64,000 bases of DNA from Alphaproteobacteria bacterium (GTDB taxonomy: Bacteria; Pseudomonadota; Alphaproteobacteria; Rhizobiales; Xanthobacteraceae), in the NCBI GenBank assembly GCA_016869215.1, contig VGEP01000011.1, forward strand, positions 68,629 to 132,628, read 5' to 3'. Each line of letters opens with the position of its first letter. Within the stretch, counting starts at the first letter, position 1. The position numbers were made by a program, and so were the translations under genes. Below are positions 9,592-18,748 of this stretch, piece after piece. A model generated the notes under the pieces. It was not told where the DNA came from. It searched no databases and saw only the letters and a list, made by a program, of their open reading frames with translations.

Positions 9592-10908
9592 ATGACGTTG
9601 AAGATTCTTGGGGCTGCCGTCGCGGCCGCGGTCGGCGTCACCGCGCTGGCGGCGCCGGCGCTGGCGCAGAACGAGCAGTTCATCCCGGCGCTGGTGTACC
9701 GCACCGGCGCCTATGCGCCGAACGGCGTGCCGTTCGCCAACGGCATCGCCGACTACTACAAGCTGGTCAACGCGCGCGACAACGGCATCAACGGCGTGCG
9801 CATCACGACCGAAGAGTGCGAGTTCGGCTATGCCACCGACCGCGGCGTGGAGTGCTACGAGCGGCTGAAGAAGAAAGGCCCGACCGGCGCGGCCTATGTC
9901 ATCCCGCTGTCGACCGGCGTGACCTTCGCGCTCACCGAGAAGACCGCGACCGACAAGATTCCGCTGATCACCATGGGCTACGGCCGCTCGGAATCGCGCG
10001 ACGGCACGGTGTTCCACTGGAACTTCCCGCTGCTCGGCACCTATTGGACCGCCTCCGACATCATCCTTCAGCACATCGCCAGGAAGGAAGGCGGCTTCGA
10101 CAAGCTCAAGGGCAAGAAGATCGCGCTGGTCTATCACGACAGCCCCTACGGCAAGGAGCCGATTGCGCTGTTGACCGAGCGCGCCAAGCGCCACGGCTTC
10201 GAGACCATGTTCCTGCCGGTCACGCATCCGGGCGTCGAGCAGAAGGCGACCTGGCTGCAGATCCGCCAGCAGCGCCCCAATTACGTGCTGCTGTGGGGCT
10301 GGGGCGTGATGAACTCGACCTCGATCAAGGAAGCGGTCGCGGTCGGCTATCCGCGCAGCCAGATGTACGGCGTGTGGTGGTCGGGCGCCGAGCCCGACGT
10401 GCGGCCGGCCGAAGGCGGCGCCACCGGCTACAACGCGGTGACGCTCCAGCACACCGCGGGCCAGTTCAAGGTCCACGAGGACCTCAAGCGCCACGTCTAC
10501 GACAAGAACCAGGGCTCGGCGAAGTGGGACGAGACCGGCGAAATCCTGTACGTGCGCGGCCTGATCAACGCCATGCTCGGCGTCGAGGCGATCCGCACCG
10601 CGCAGGAGAAATTCGGCAAGGGCAAGCCGATGACCGGCGAGCAGGTGCGCTGGGGCCTTGAGAACCTCAACATCACCGCCGACCGCATCAAGCAACTCGG
10701 CTTCGACGGCGTTTTGCAGCCGATCCGTGTGACCTGCCAGGATCACGAGGGCGCGCGCACCGGCCGCATCCAGACCTGGGACGGCAAGAACTGGAAAATC
10801 TCGTCCGACTGGTACACCAGCGACGACAAGGTGATCGCGCCCATGGTCAAGGACGCGGCGTCGAAATACGCCTCCGAGAAGAAGATCACGGCCGGCTGCC
10901 TGAACTGA
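9592..10908 (+). CDS. Liv-type ABC transporter substrate-binding protein
   Basis: Sec signal peptide (MTLKILGAAVAAAVG...ALAQ); YRTGAYAPNG; RBS GGGAGG before ATG 9592. Confidence 0.9.
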   Translation: MTLKILGAAVAAAVGVTALAAPALAQNEQFIPALVYRTGAYAPNGVPFANGIADYYKLVNARDNGINGVRITTEECEFGYATDRGVECYERLKKKGPTGAAYVIPLSTGVTFALTEKTATDKIPLITMGYGRSESRDGTVFHWNFPLLGTYWTASDIILQHIARKEGGFDKLKGKKIALVYHDSPYGKEPIALLTERAKRHGFETMFLPVTHPGVEQKATWLQIRQQRPNYVLLWGWGVMNSTSIKEAVAVGYPRSQMYGVWWSGAEPDVRPAEGGATGYNAVTLQHTAGQFKVHEDLKRHVYDKNQGSAKWDETGEILYVRGLINAMLGVEAIRTAQEKFGKGKPMTGEQVRWGLENLNITADRIKQLGFDGVLQPIRVTCQDHEGARTGRIQTWDGKNWKISSDWYTSDDKVIAPMVKDAASKYASEKKITAGCLN

Positions 10909-11780
10909 TGCCGGACGTGACGGAACGCAATGCGGGGGAGGCGGCGGCAGCGCCGCCTTCCTCGGTTGCGCCCGATGCGGCGCGGATTCTCGCGGTCAAC
11001 AACATCGAAGTCGTCTACAACCACGTCATCCTGGTGCTGAAGGGCGTGTCGCTCGAAGTGCCGCGCGGCGGCATCGTCGCGCTGCTCGGCGCCAACGGCG
11101 CGGGCAAGACCACGACCTTGAAGGCGATCTCCAACCTGCTGCACGCCGAGCGCGGCGAGGTCACCAAGGGCTCGATCGTGTTCGAAGGCGAGGCGGTGCA
11201 TTCGCTGTCGCCGAACGAGCTGGTGCGCCGCGGCTGCATCCAGGTGATGGAGGGCCGGCGCTGCTTCGCCCATCTCACCGTCGAGGAGAACCTGCTGACC
11301 GGCGCGTTCACCCGCACCGACGGCAAGGCCGCGATCCAGCGCGACCTCGATCTGGTCTATTCCTATTTCCCGCGCATCAAGGAGCGCCGCTCGGCGATTG
11401 CCGGCTACACGTCCGGCGGCGAGCAGCAGATGACCGCGGTCGGCCGCGCGCTGATGTCGCGGCCCAAGATGATCCTGCTCGACGAGCCGTCGATGGGGCT
11501 CGCACCGCAGATCGTCGAGGAGATTTTCGAGATCGTGAAGAACCTCAACGAGAAGGAGGGCGTGTCCTTCCTGCTCGCCGAGCAGAACACCAACATGGCG
11601 CTGAAATACGCCCGTTACGGCTACATCCTGGAGAACGGCCGGGTGGTGATGGACGGCAAGGCCGCCTCGCTGCGCGAGAACGAGGACGTCAAGGAATTCT
11701 ACCTCGGCGTCGCCGAGGGCAAGCGCAAGTCGTTTCGCGACGTGAAGCACTACAAGCGCAGGAAGCGGTGGCTGGCGTGA
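10908..11780 (+). CDS. livF: Liv-type ABC transporter ATP-binding protein (LivF-like)
   Basis: GANGAGKTT, SGGEQQM, LLDEPSMGLAP; C-terminal YKRRKRWL typical of this operon family. Confidence 0.92.
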   Translation: MPDVTERNAGEAAAAPPSSVAPDAARILAVNNIEVVYNHVILVLKGVSLEVPRGGIVALLGANGAGKTTTLKAISNLLHAERGEVTKGSIVFEGEAVHSLSPNELVRRGCIQVMEGRRCFAHLTVEENLLTGAFTRTDGKAAIQRDLDLVYSYFPRIKERRSAIAGYTSGGEQQMTAVGRALMSRPKMILLDEPSMGLAPQIVEEIFEIVKNLNEKEGVSFLLAEQNTNMALKYARYGYILENGRVVMDGKAASLRENEDVKEFYLGVAEGKRKSFRDVKHYKRRKRWLA

Positions 11781-11813
11781 GCCGCTGCCGTGCCCCGGAC
11801 GCGGCGTTTTTTT
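11781..11813 (+). terminator. Possible intrinsic terminator after livF
   Basis: GCCGC...GCGGC imperfect stem followed by GTTTTTTTG. Confidence 0.45.
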
Positions 11814-11874
11814 GCTGTAATGACGTCACAAGTTGATCGCGCTAGACTTTGCTGTCCGGTCGGGGAGAGCGGGG

Positions 11875-12549
11875 ATGCCGATTTATGCCACTGTAGTTGA
11901 AGGACTCGACGACGGGGCCGGCCGCGATCGTCTTGCTGCGAAGTTGCAACGTGGCACGTCTCTGGAGCTAACGCCGATTGATACGGGCGTAGTCGCGGTA
12001 ATCTATGCGGGTCGTGAGATTGGCCATTTGCCTGCGCGGCTCCGGCCCGTTGCAGAGGCGCTCGCGCGTGGGTGCGACGCGCATTGCCAAGTGATTGCTA
12101 TTGAAACCGCGGGTCTGTTGCGACGCCGTGCAAGGCGCGTCGAGATTGAAATCGAGGTGATCGAAAAGCCTTCCACCATTGTGGAAGCAGCAAAACGCCT
12201 TGCGGAAGCCTCAGGCAAGGCGCTTGGTAGCGCAGGAAATACATCGATCGATGGCGCACGCTGGCTAGGTCAAGCTGCGGCGGATGGAACCGGCGCCGTA
12301 ACGCGGGCGGCATCGAGCGGGGCCGTTGCCTTGGGCCGAACAGCCGCGCAGGTAGCTGACGTGGCCGTGGTAAGACCAGCAACTTATGTTATCCAAAATC
12401 GCCCGCGCCCTATTCGTACTCTCAAACGCATTGTGATTTTCGGAGTTATTTCGACGGTGCTGATACTCACACTTGTCCTGCTGATCTTGATACTTTTGCG
12501 GTGGCAGGTCGGGGGCCTGGGTAGTTTGATTGGCGCTGTGACACGATAG
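11875..12549 (+). CDS. Hypothetical protein: HIRAN-like N-terminal domain, Ala/Gly-rich linker, C-terminal TM helix; low GC
   Basis: VAVIYAGREIGHLP resembles the HIRAN core; hydrophobic IVIFGVISTVLILTLVLLILILL; 58/120 GC counted at 12361-12480 with A/T-ending codons. Confidence 0.65.
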   Translation: MPIYATVVEGLDDGAGRDRLAAKLQRGTSLELTPIDTGVVAVIYAGREIGHLPARLRPVAEALARGCDAHCQVIAIETAGLLRRRARRVEIEIEVIEKPSTIVEAAKRLAEASGKALGSAGNTSIDGARWLGQAAADGTGAVTRAASSGAVALGRTAAQVADVAVVRPATYVIQNRPRPIRTLKRIVIFGVISTVLILTLVLLILILLRWQVGGLGSLIGAVTR

Positions 12550-12662
12550 AGCGTGCATTGATTTCCGAGCACCACTAGGACTGCTGGTGATGTTGATCGG
12601 ATACGCCTTCAGGGAGCCGAAAGCCGAAGACAAGTTTGGCGGTCCGCCTTCGCCGTGAACCT

Positions 12663-13352
12663 ATGCCCATCCTCGCTTCCATCGGCGTCGTTCTCCTGCT
12701 CGCGCTGATCTTCGGCCCGGGCTGGTGGATCAAGCGCGTGCTGGCGAAGCACGGCGCCGAGCGTTCGGACCTGCCCGGCACCGGTGCCGAGTTCGCCCGC
12801 CACTTGCTTGACGACGCCAAACTCGAAAACGTGACGGTCGAGGTCACCGACCGCGGCGACCACTACGATCCCGACGCGCGTGCGGTGCGGCTCTTGCCGC
12901 AGCACCACGACGGCCGATCGGTCGCGGCGGTGGCGGTCGCGGCGCACGAGGTTTCGCACGCCATCCAGCATGCGCGCGAAGAGCCCTCCTTCATGCGGCG
13001 GATCGACCTTGTGGCGCAGCTCGTCTGGGTGGAGCGCATCGCCATGGCCGTGCTGCTGATCCTGCCGGCGACGGCGTTCTGGCTGAAGTCGCCGGCGATG
13101 GCGGTGCTGAACTTCGCCGCGGTGATCGCGCTGCTCGGCATCGGCGTCGTGGTCCACGCCTTGACGCTGCCGGTCGAGTACGATGCCAGCTTCAAGAAGG
13201 CGCTTCCGATCCTGGAGGGCCGCCGTTATCTTTCCGAGCGCGACATGCCCGCGGCGCGCAGCGTGTTGCGCGCTGCGGCCTACACCTATGTCGCGGCGGC
13301 GCTTGCGACTTTGCTGAACATCGCGCGCTGGGCGCGGATTTTCCGCTTCTGA
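12663..13352 (+). CDS. Membrane zinc metallopeptidase (Zn_peptidase_2/YugP-like)
   Basis: DHYDP, AVAAHEVSHAIQH (HExxH), TLPVEYDAS and AAYTYVAA motifs. Confidence 0.9.
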   Translation: MPILASIGVVLLLALIFGPGWWIKRVLAKHGAERSDLPGTGAEFARHLLDDAKLENVTVEVTDRGDHYDPDARAVRLLPQHHDGRSVAAVAVAAHEVSHAIQHAREEPSFMRRIDLVAQLVWVERIAMAVLLILPATAFWLKSPAMAVLNFAAVIALLGIGVVVHALTLPVEYDASFKKALPILEGRRYLSERDMPAARSVLRAAAYTYVAAALATLLNIARWARIFRF

Positions 13353-13366
13353 TCGTGGGAGAACCG

Positions 13367-14599
13367 ATGTCCGACCATTACGACGCCTTCGAAACCCGCG
13401 AGCCTTCATTGCGCGAACGCGAGCGGTTCGCGCGTCTGCCGGACGCCATTGCCCGCGCCATGACCGCGCCCGGCTGGGCCGCGCATCTTGCGGGTGTCGA
13501 TCCGAAATCCGTCACCTCGCGCGCGGCGCTGGCGAAGCTTCCGCTGCTTCGCAAGCCGGACCTGATGGCGCTGCAGAAGGCCACTCCGCCGTTCGGCGGC
13601 TTCAACGTCACGCTGCCCGGCAAGGTCAAGCGCCTGCACATGTCGCCCGGCCCGATCTTCGAGCCGGAAGGCAGCGCCGCCGACTGGTGGGGCTGCGCGC
13701 GCGCCTGTTTTGCAGCGGGCTTCCGCTCAGGCGATGTCGTGCTCAACACCTTCGCCTACCATCTGACGCCGGGCGGGTTCATTCTGGAGTCCGGCGCGCA
13801 CGCGCTCGGCTGCGCGGTGATTGCGGCCGGTCCCGGCAACACCGAGCAGCAGTTGGCCGCGGTCGCGCACTTCAAGCCCGTGGGCTACATGGGCACGCCG
13901 GACTTCCTGAAAATCCTGCTCGACGCCGCGCAGAAGGCGGGTTCCGATGCGTCCTCGATCAAGCGCGCGCTGGTATCGGGCGCGGCGCTGCCCGCGTCGC
14001 TGCGCGCCGAGTTGGAGGGCCGCGGCGTCGCAGTGTTGCAGTGCTATGCGGCGGCCGACGTCGGCATCGTCGCCTACGAGAGCGCCGCCAAGGAGGGCAT
14101 GATCCTCAACGAGCATCTGATCCTCGAAATTGTTCGCCCCGGTACCGGCGATCCGGTGCCGGACGGCGACGTCGGCGAAGTGGTCGTGACGTCGTTCAAT
14201 CCCGATTACCCGATGATCCGGCTTGCGCTCGGCGATCTCTCCGCCGTGCTGCCCGGCGTCTCGCCCTGCGGCCGCACCAACGTGCGCATCAAAGGCTGGA
14301 TGGGCCGCGCCGACCAGACCGCGAAGGTGAAGGGCATGTTCGTGCGGCCGGAGCTGGTCGCCGAAGTGGCCAGGCGCCATCCGTCGCTCGGCCGCGTGCG
14401 CCTGGTCGTGACGCGCGACAACGAGCAGGACGCCATGACGCTGCACGCCGAATGCGCGTCGCCCGAGCCTTCGCTCGCAGACGCGGTCGCGGAGACCCTG
14501 CAATCGGTGACCAAGCTCAAGGGCGCGGTGAAGCTCGTTCCGTTGGGCTCGCTGCCCAACGATGGCAAGGTGATCGCCGACGAGCGGCCGGTGGGGTGA
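13367..14599 (+). CDS. Phenylacetate-CoA ligase-like (PaaK family) AMP-dependent ligase
   Basis: [33 protein letters not shown] motifs. Confidence 0.85.
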   Translation: MSDHYDAFETREPSLRERERFARLPDAIARAMTAPGWAAHLAGVDPKSVTSRAALAKLPLLRKPDLMALQKATPPFGGFNVTLPGKVKRLHMSPGPIFEPEGSAADWWGCARACFAAGFRSGDVVLNTFAYHLTPGGFILESGAHALGCAVIAAGPGNTEQQLAAVAHFKPVGYMGTPDFLKILLDAAQKAGSDASSIKRALVSGAALPASLRAELEGRGVAVLQCYAAADVGIVAYESAAKEGMILNEHLILEIVRPGTGDPVPDGDVGEVVVTSFNPDYPMIRLALGDLSAVLPGVSPCGRTNVRIKGWMGRADQTAKVKGMFVRPELVAEVARRHPSLGRVRLVVTRDNEQDAMTLHAECASPEPSLADAVAETLQSVTKLKGAVKLVPLGSLPNDGKVIADERPVG

Positions 14600-14711
14600 C
14601 GTTCGGCCGCCGGAATTTGCGGTGGCCACCCGGCGAATGGGGCTGGCCTGGCCTTGCCCCGGCCATGCATCCTTGCCCGATACCGACCTTCTATTTCCGG
14701 GAGCCTCTCCC

Positions 14712-15476
14712 ATGGACACCCTGCTGACGCTCGCCGCCGATCCCGCCGCCTGGGCCGCGCTTGCGACCCTGATCGTCATGGAGGTCGTGCTCGGCATCGA
14801 CAACCTCATCTTCATCGCGATCCTGACCAACCGCCTGCCGGAGGAGCGACGCGACATCGCGCGCAAAGTCGGAATCGGGCTGGCGCTGATCATGCGCCTG
14901 GCGCTGCTCGGCACCATCGCCTTCATCGTCACGCTGACCAGACCGCTGTTCGAACTGTTCGGCCACGGCTTCTCCTGGCGCGACCTGATCCTGATCGGCG
15001 GCGGGCTGTTCCTGGTCTGGAAGGCGACCAAGGAAATCCACCACAAGGTCGATCCCGATCCCGCGCCTACCGTGTTCGGCGGCGGGACGGCGAGCCTCGG
15101 CTTTGCCGCCGCGATGTTTCAGATCGTGCTGCTCGACATGGTGTTCTCCATCGACAGCATCCTCACCGCGGTCGGCATGACGCCGCACGTTCCGATCATG
15201 GTGATCGCGGTCGTGGTCGCAGTGCTGGCGATGCTGTTCGCCGCCACGCCGCTTGCGAACTTCATCAACGCCAACCCGACCATCGTCATGCTGGCGCTCG
15301 GCTTCCTCTTGATGATCGGCATGGTGCTGATCGCCGACGGCTTCGGCGCACCGGTGCCGAAGGGTTACATCTATGCGGCGATGGCGTTCTCCGCGCTGGT
15401 CGAGGGCCTCAACATGATGGCCCGCAGGGCCAGCCGGCGGCGCGCGGCGGAAGCAGCGCAGGCACGGCAAGGGTGA
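14712..15476 (+). CDS. TerC family integral membrane protein
   Basis: [11 protein letters not shown] and [14 protein letters not shown] signature motifs. Confidence 0.93.
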   Translation: MDTLLTLAADPAAWAALATLIVMEVVLGIDNLIFIAILTNRLPEERRDIARKVGIGLALIMRLALLGTIAFIVTLTRPLFELFGHGFSWRDLILIGGGLFLVWKATKEIHHKVDPDPAPTVFGGGTASLGFAAAMFQIVLLDMVFSIDSILTAVGMTPHVPIMVIAVVVAVLAMLFAATPLANFINANPTIVMLALGFLLMIGMVLIADGFGAPVPKGYIYAAMAFSALVEGLNMMARRASRRRAAEAAQARQG

Positions 15477-15556
15477 GCGGGCGGCGGCCACTGGCGGCGG
15501 TCCGCCGTTCCGTTGCATAACGGACAGGCCGATGCCTGAAGGAGGCCGGCCGCCGC

Positions 15557-16774
15557 ATGAGTGACGTGCTCAAACCGCGCGACGCAAAAGACGTCGAGGA
15601 TGCCGTGCGCTGGGCGCTCGCCGAGGGCAAGGCGCTGGAGCTCGTCGGCCGCGGCACCAAGCGCGCGCTCGGCCGACCGGGCCAGACCGACCTGACGCTC
15701 GATCTGTCCGCATTGTCCGGCGTCACGCTCTACGAGCCGGAGGAGCTGGTGCTGTCGGCGCGCGCCGCGACGCCGCTTGCAGAGATCGAGGCGCTGCTCG
15801 CGTCGAAGAACCAGCAACTCGACTTCGAGCCGATGGACTACGGCCCTGTTCTGGGCGCGCCCGCGAACCAAGGTACGCTCGGCGGCGCGCTGGCGGCGAA
15901 CCTCTCCGGCCCGCGCCGCATCAAGGCCGGCGCCGCACGCGACCACTTTCTCGGCGTCAACGCCGTGTCGGGGCGCGGCGAGGCCTTCAAGTCCGGCGGC
16001 CGCGTGGTCAAGAACGTCACCGGCTACGACCTCTGCAAGCTGCTCGCGGGTTCCTACGGCACGCTTGCCGTCATGACCGACGTGACGGTGAAGACGCTGC
16101 CGCGGCCGGAGACCGAGACCACGGTGCTGGTCCTTGGCCTCGACGCCGCGCGCGCGGGCGAGGCGATGACCCTGACGATGGGATCGTCCTGCGACGTGTC
16201 GGGCGCGGCGCATCTGCCGGTCGGGCTGATCCATCATTTCGACGGTCTGCATGTGACGCGCGCGGCGACCGTGTTCCGGCTCGAAGGCGTGGCGCCGTCG
16301 GTCGCGCATCGTCGCGAGGCGCTGGCGGCGCTGCTCAGATCGTTCGGCGCGGTGGAATTCGTCGAGGCGGACTACTCGCGCGCGCTGTGGCGCGCCGTCC
16401 GCGACGCCATGCCATTCTCGGCCGCCGGCCGCTACGGCGACTGGCCGCTGTGGCGGCTGTCGGTCGCGCCGAACAAAGGAAGTGGTCTCGCACCGCTGGT
16501 GTCGCCCGACGCGCAGGCGTTCCACGACTGGGCCGGCGGGCTGATCTGGCTTGTGCTGCCGCCGTCGGACGACGCGGGAGCGGTTGCCGTGCGCCGCGCA
16601 GCGAAGGACCTCGGCGGCCACGCGACGCTCGTGCGTGCGTCCGCCGCCGTTCGCGCTGCGGTCGGCGTGTTCGAGCCGCAGACGGGCCCGCACGCGGGCG
16701 TGAGCAAGCGCGTGAAGGAGGGCTTCGATCCCAAGGGCGTGCTCAACCCGGGCCGCATGTGGGCGGGGGTGTGA
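15557..16774 (+). CDS. glcE: Glycolate oxidase FAD-binding subunit GlcE
   Basis: YEPEELV, GPRRIKAGAARD, GGRVVKNVTGYDL, FDPKGVLNPGR. Confidence 0.93.
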   Translation: MSDVLKPRDAKDVEDAVRWALAEGKALELVGRGTKRALGRPGQTDLTLDLSALSGVTLYEPEELVLSARAATPLAEIEALLASKNQQLDFEPMDYGPVLGAPANQGTLGGALAANLSGPRRIKAGAARDHFLGVNAVSGRGEAFKSGGRVVKNVTGYDLCKLLAGSYGTLAVMTDVTVKTLPRPETETTVLVLGLDAARAGEAMTLTMGSSCDVSGAAHLPVGLIHHFDGLHVTRAATVFRLEGVAPSVAHRREALAALLRSFGAVEFVEADYSRALWRAVRDAMPFSAAGRYGDWPLWRLSVAPNKGSGLAPLVSPDAQAFHDWAGGLIWLVLPPSDDAGAVAVRRAAKDLGGHATLVRASAAVRAAVGVFEPQTGPHAGVSKRVKEGFDPKGVLNPGRMWAGV

Positions 16775-18072
16775 TGCAAACCTCGTTCTCCCTCGCGCAG
16801 CTCGCCGACCCCGACGTCGCGGAAGCGGACAAAATCCTCCGCGCCTGCGTGCATTGCGGCTTCTGCACCGCGACCTGCCCGACCTACGTGCTGCTCGGCG
16901 ACGAGCGCGACTCGCCGCGCGGGCGCATCTATCTGATCAAGGACATGCTGGAGAACGAGCGGCCCGCGACCGGGGACGTGGTCCGCCACATCGACCGCTG
17001 TCTGTCGTGCCTCGCCTGCATGACGACGTGCCCCTCCGGCGTGCACTACATGCATCTCGTCGATCATGCGCGCTATCATATCGCGCGGACCTACACGCGG
17101 CCGTGGCTCGAGCGCGCGATCCGCGAATTCCTGCTGCGCGTGATGCCGTATCCGCGGCGGCTGCGCGTTGCGTCGGTCATGGCGGCGCTCGGCCGGCCGT
17201 TCGCGCCGCTGCTCGCCGCGTTCGGGCTGAAGCCGCTCGCGGCGGCGATCCGGCTTGCGCCGTCGCGTGCGCCGGGGCCGTACACCGAAACGGGCGTGCA
17301 TCCCGCGCAGGGTCCGCGCCGCGGCCGGGTGGCGCTGATGCGCGGCTGCGCCAACGAGGCGCTCGCGCCTTCGATCACCCAGGCCGCGATCCGGCTGCTC
17401 AACCGCCACGGCGTCGAGGTCGTGATCCCGCCCGGTGAAGGCTGCTGCGGCTCGCTTGCGCACCACATGGGCCGCGAGGCGGAGACGCACGCCTTCGTCA
17501 CGGCCAACGTCGACGCCTGGACGCGCGAGATCGAAGGCGAGGGGCTCGACGCCATTCTGGTGACGCTGTCGGGCTGCGGCACCACCGTGAAGGACTACGG
17601 CTTCATGCTGCGCAACGACGCGGCCTATGCCGACAAGGCCGCGAAAGTTTCGGCGCTGACGCGCGACGCGACCGAGTATCTTGCGACGCTCGGCATTCGC
17701 GGCAGCGGATCCCGCAATCTCGCCGTCGCCTATCACTCGGCCTGCTCGCTGCAGCACGGCCAGAAGGTGACGCGCCAGCCGAAGGAACTTCTGGCGGCCT
17801 GCGGCTTCGACGTGCGCGACGTGCCCGAGGGTCACCTGTGCTGCGGTTCGGCCGGCACCTACAACATCCTGCAGCCCGACATCGCAGTGCGCTTGCGTGC
17901 GCGCAAGATCGCGAATATCGAAAAGGTCGCGCCGGATGCGATCGCGGCCGCCAACGTCGGCTGCATCGCGCAGCTCGCTTCGGGCACCGGCATCCCGGTG
18001 GTGCATCCGGTGGAGCTGATCGACTGGGCGACCGGCGGGCCGGTGCCGGATGGGCTGAAGGGGCGCGCCTAG
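16774..18072 (+). CDS. glcF: Glycolate oxidase iron-sulfur subunit GlcF
   Basis: CVHCGFCTATCP and CLSCLACMTTCP 4Fe-4S motifs, CCG domains; ATG overlaps the glcE TGA. Confidence 0.94.
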   Translation: MQTSFSLAQLADPDVAEADKILRACVHCGFCTATCPTYVLLGDERDSPRGRIYLIKDMLENERPATGDVVRHIDRCLSCLACMTTCPSGVHYMHLVDHARYHIARTYTRPWLERAIREFLLRVMPYPRRLRVASVMAALGRPFAPLLAAFGLKPLAAAIRLAPSRAPGPYTETGVHPAQGPRRGRVALMRGCANEALAPSITQAAIRLLNRHGVEVVIPPGEGCCGSLAHHMGREAETHAFVTANVDAWTREIEGEGLDAILVTLSGCGTTVKDYGFMLRNDAAYADKAAKVSALTRDATEYLATLGIRGSGSRNLAVAYHSACSLQHGQKVTRQPKELLAACGFDVRDVPEGHLCCGSAGTYNILQPDIAVRLRARKIANIEKVAPDAIAAANVGCIAQLASGTGIPVVHPVELIDWATGGPVPDGLKGRA

Positions 18073-18236
18073 TGGTCCGCTTCTAACATTCGCATCCCGT
18101 TTCAGCAGGCGTATTTGCGAATGTTAGAAGCAAAGGACCACTAGCAAATTCAAAGTGCTAGTGGAGCTTTGGATTTGACATTCGCTTTGCGAGTTTGCGG
18201 CAAGGTGGGTAGCGAATGTCAAATCCGCTCCACTAG
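18069..18236. repeat. CTAG-bounded double-hairpin element (REPIN/BIME/MITE-like), family B
   Basis: Two long imperfect palindromes (18069-18144, 18158-18236) in inverted orientation, each with 10+16 bp stems and a 3-nt bulge; starts at the glcF TAG. Confidence 0.85.
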
Positions 18237-18278
18237 CGCGGCTTGGTTTCACAACGAGAGTTGCCGAGAGGAATGACC

Positions 18279-18581
18279 ATGGCGAAGAAGCGCAAGGCGA
18301 AAGCAAGGAGCAAGAAGAAGGTTGCAAAGGCGAAGCGCAAACCCGCGCCCGCGCGCATGAAGAAGGTCAAGGCGGCGGCGAAGAAGCCCGCGCGCAAGGT
18401 GAAGGTGAAAACCAAAATCAACGCAAAGCCGAAGGCAGGGGCAAAGCCTGCAAGGCGCCCCGTGAAGGTCACGCTCAGGCGGGTTTCCGGCCCGGGCCGC
18501 GCCGTTACGCCGATGACCGCCTCCATCCCGGCGGCGGTTCCGATCGCCCCGCGTCCGACGGTGTTTCCGACCGGCGGGTAG
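18279..18581 (+). CDS. Lys/Ala/Pro-rich basic protein (histone H1-like)
   Basis: RBS GAGAGG; MAKKRKAKARSKKKVAKAKRKPAPARMKK...; no acidic residues; alternative start 18273. Confidence 0.7.
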   Translation: MAKKRKAKARSKKKVAKAKRKPAPARMKKVKAAAKKPARKVKVKTKINAKPKAGAKPARRPVKVTLRRVSGPGRAVTPMTASIPAAVPIAPRPTVFPTGG

Positions 18582-18588
18582 GGGCCAG

Positions 18589-18728
18589 CGTGTCCCGGGC
18601 GCAGCGCAGCACGAAGTGATGCGCTGCAGACCCGGGACCCCGATTTTTTGCGCAGCATAGCAACCGGGGTCCCGGATTAGCAGTGCATCGCTTCACTTCG
18701 TTTCGCGCTGCACAGCATCCGGGACACG
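18589..18728. repeat. Nested inverted-repeat element, family C
   Basis: Terminal CGTGTCCCGG/CCGGGACACG; inner CCGGGACCCCG (18632-18642)/CGGGGTCCCGG (18665-18675); lies between convergent genes. Confidence 0.85.
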
Positions 18729-18748
18729 AGTCGTAGCCGGCTTTTCGC

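Noticed and set aside
14644-14657. Sigma54-like TGGC...TTGC upstream of terC
   Set aside because: GG-to-GC spacing is 9 nt, not the strict 10.
14600-14711. yybP-ykoY Mn riboswitch upstream of terC
   Set aside because: The conserved GGGGAGUAG and CGUC..AC elements are not recognisable in this leader.
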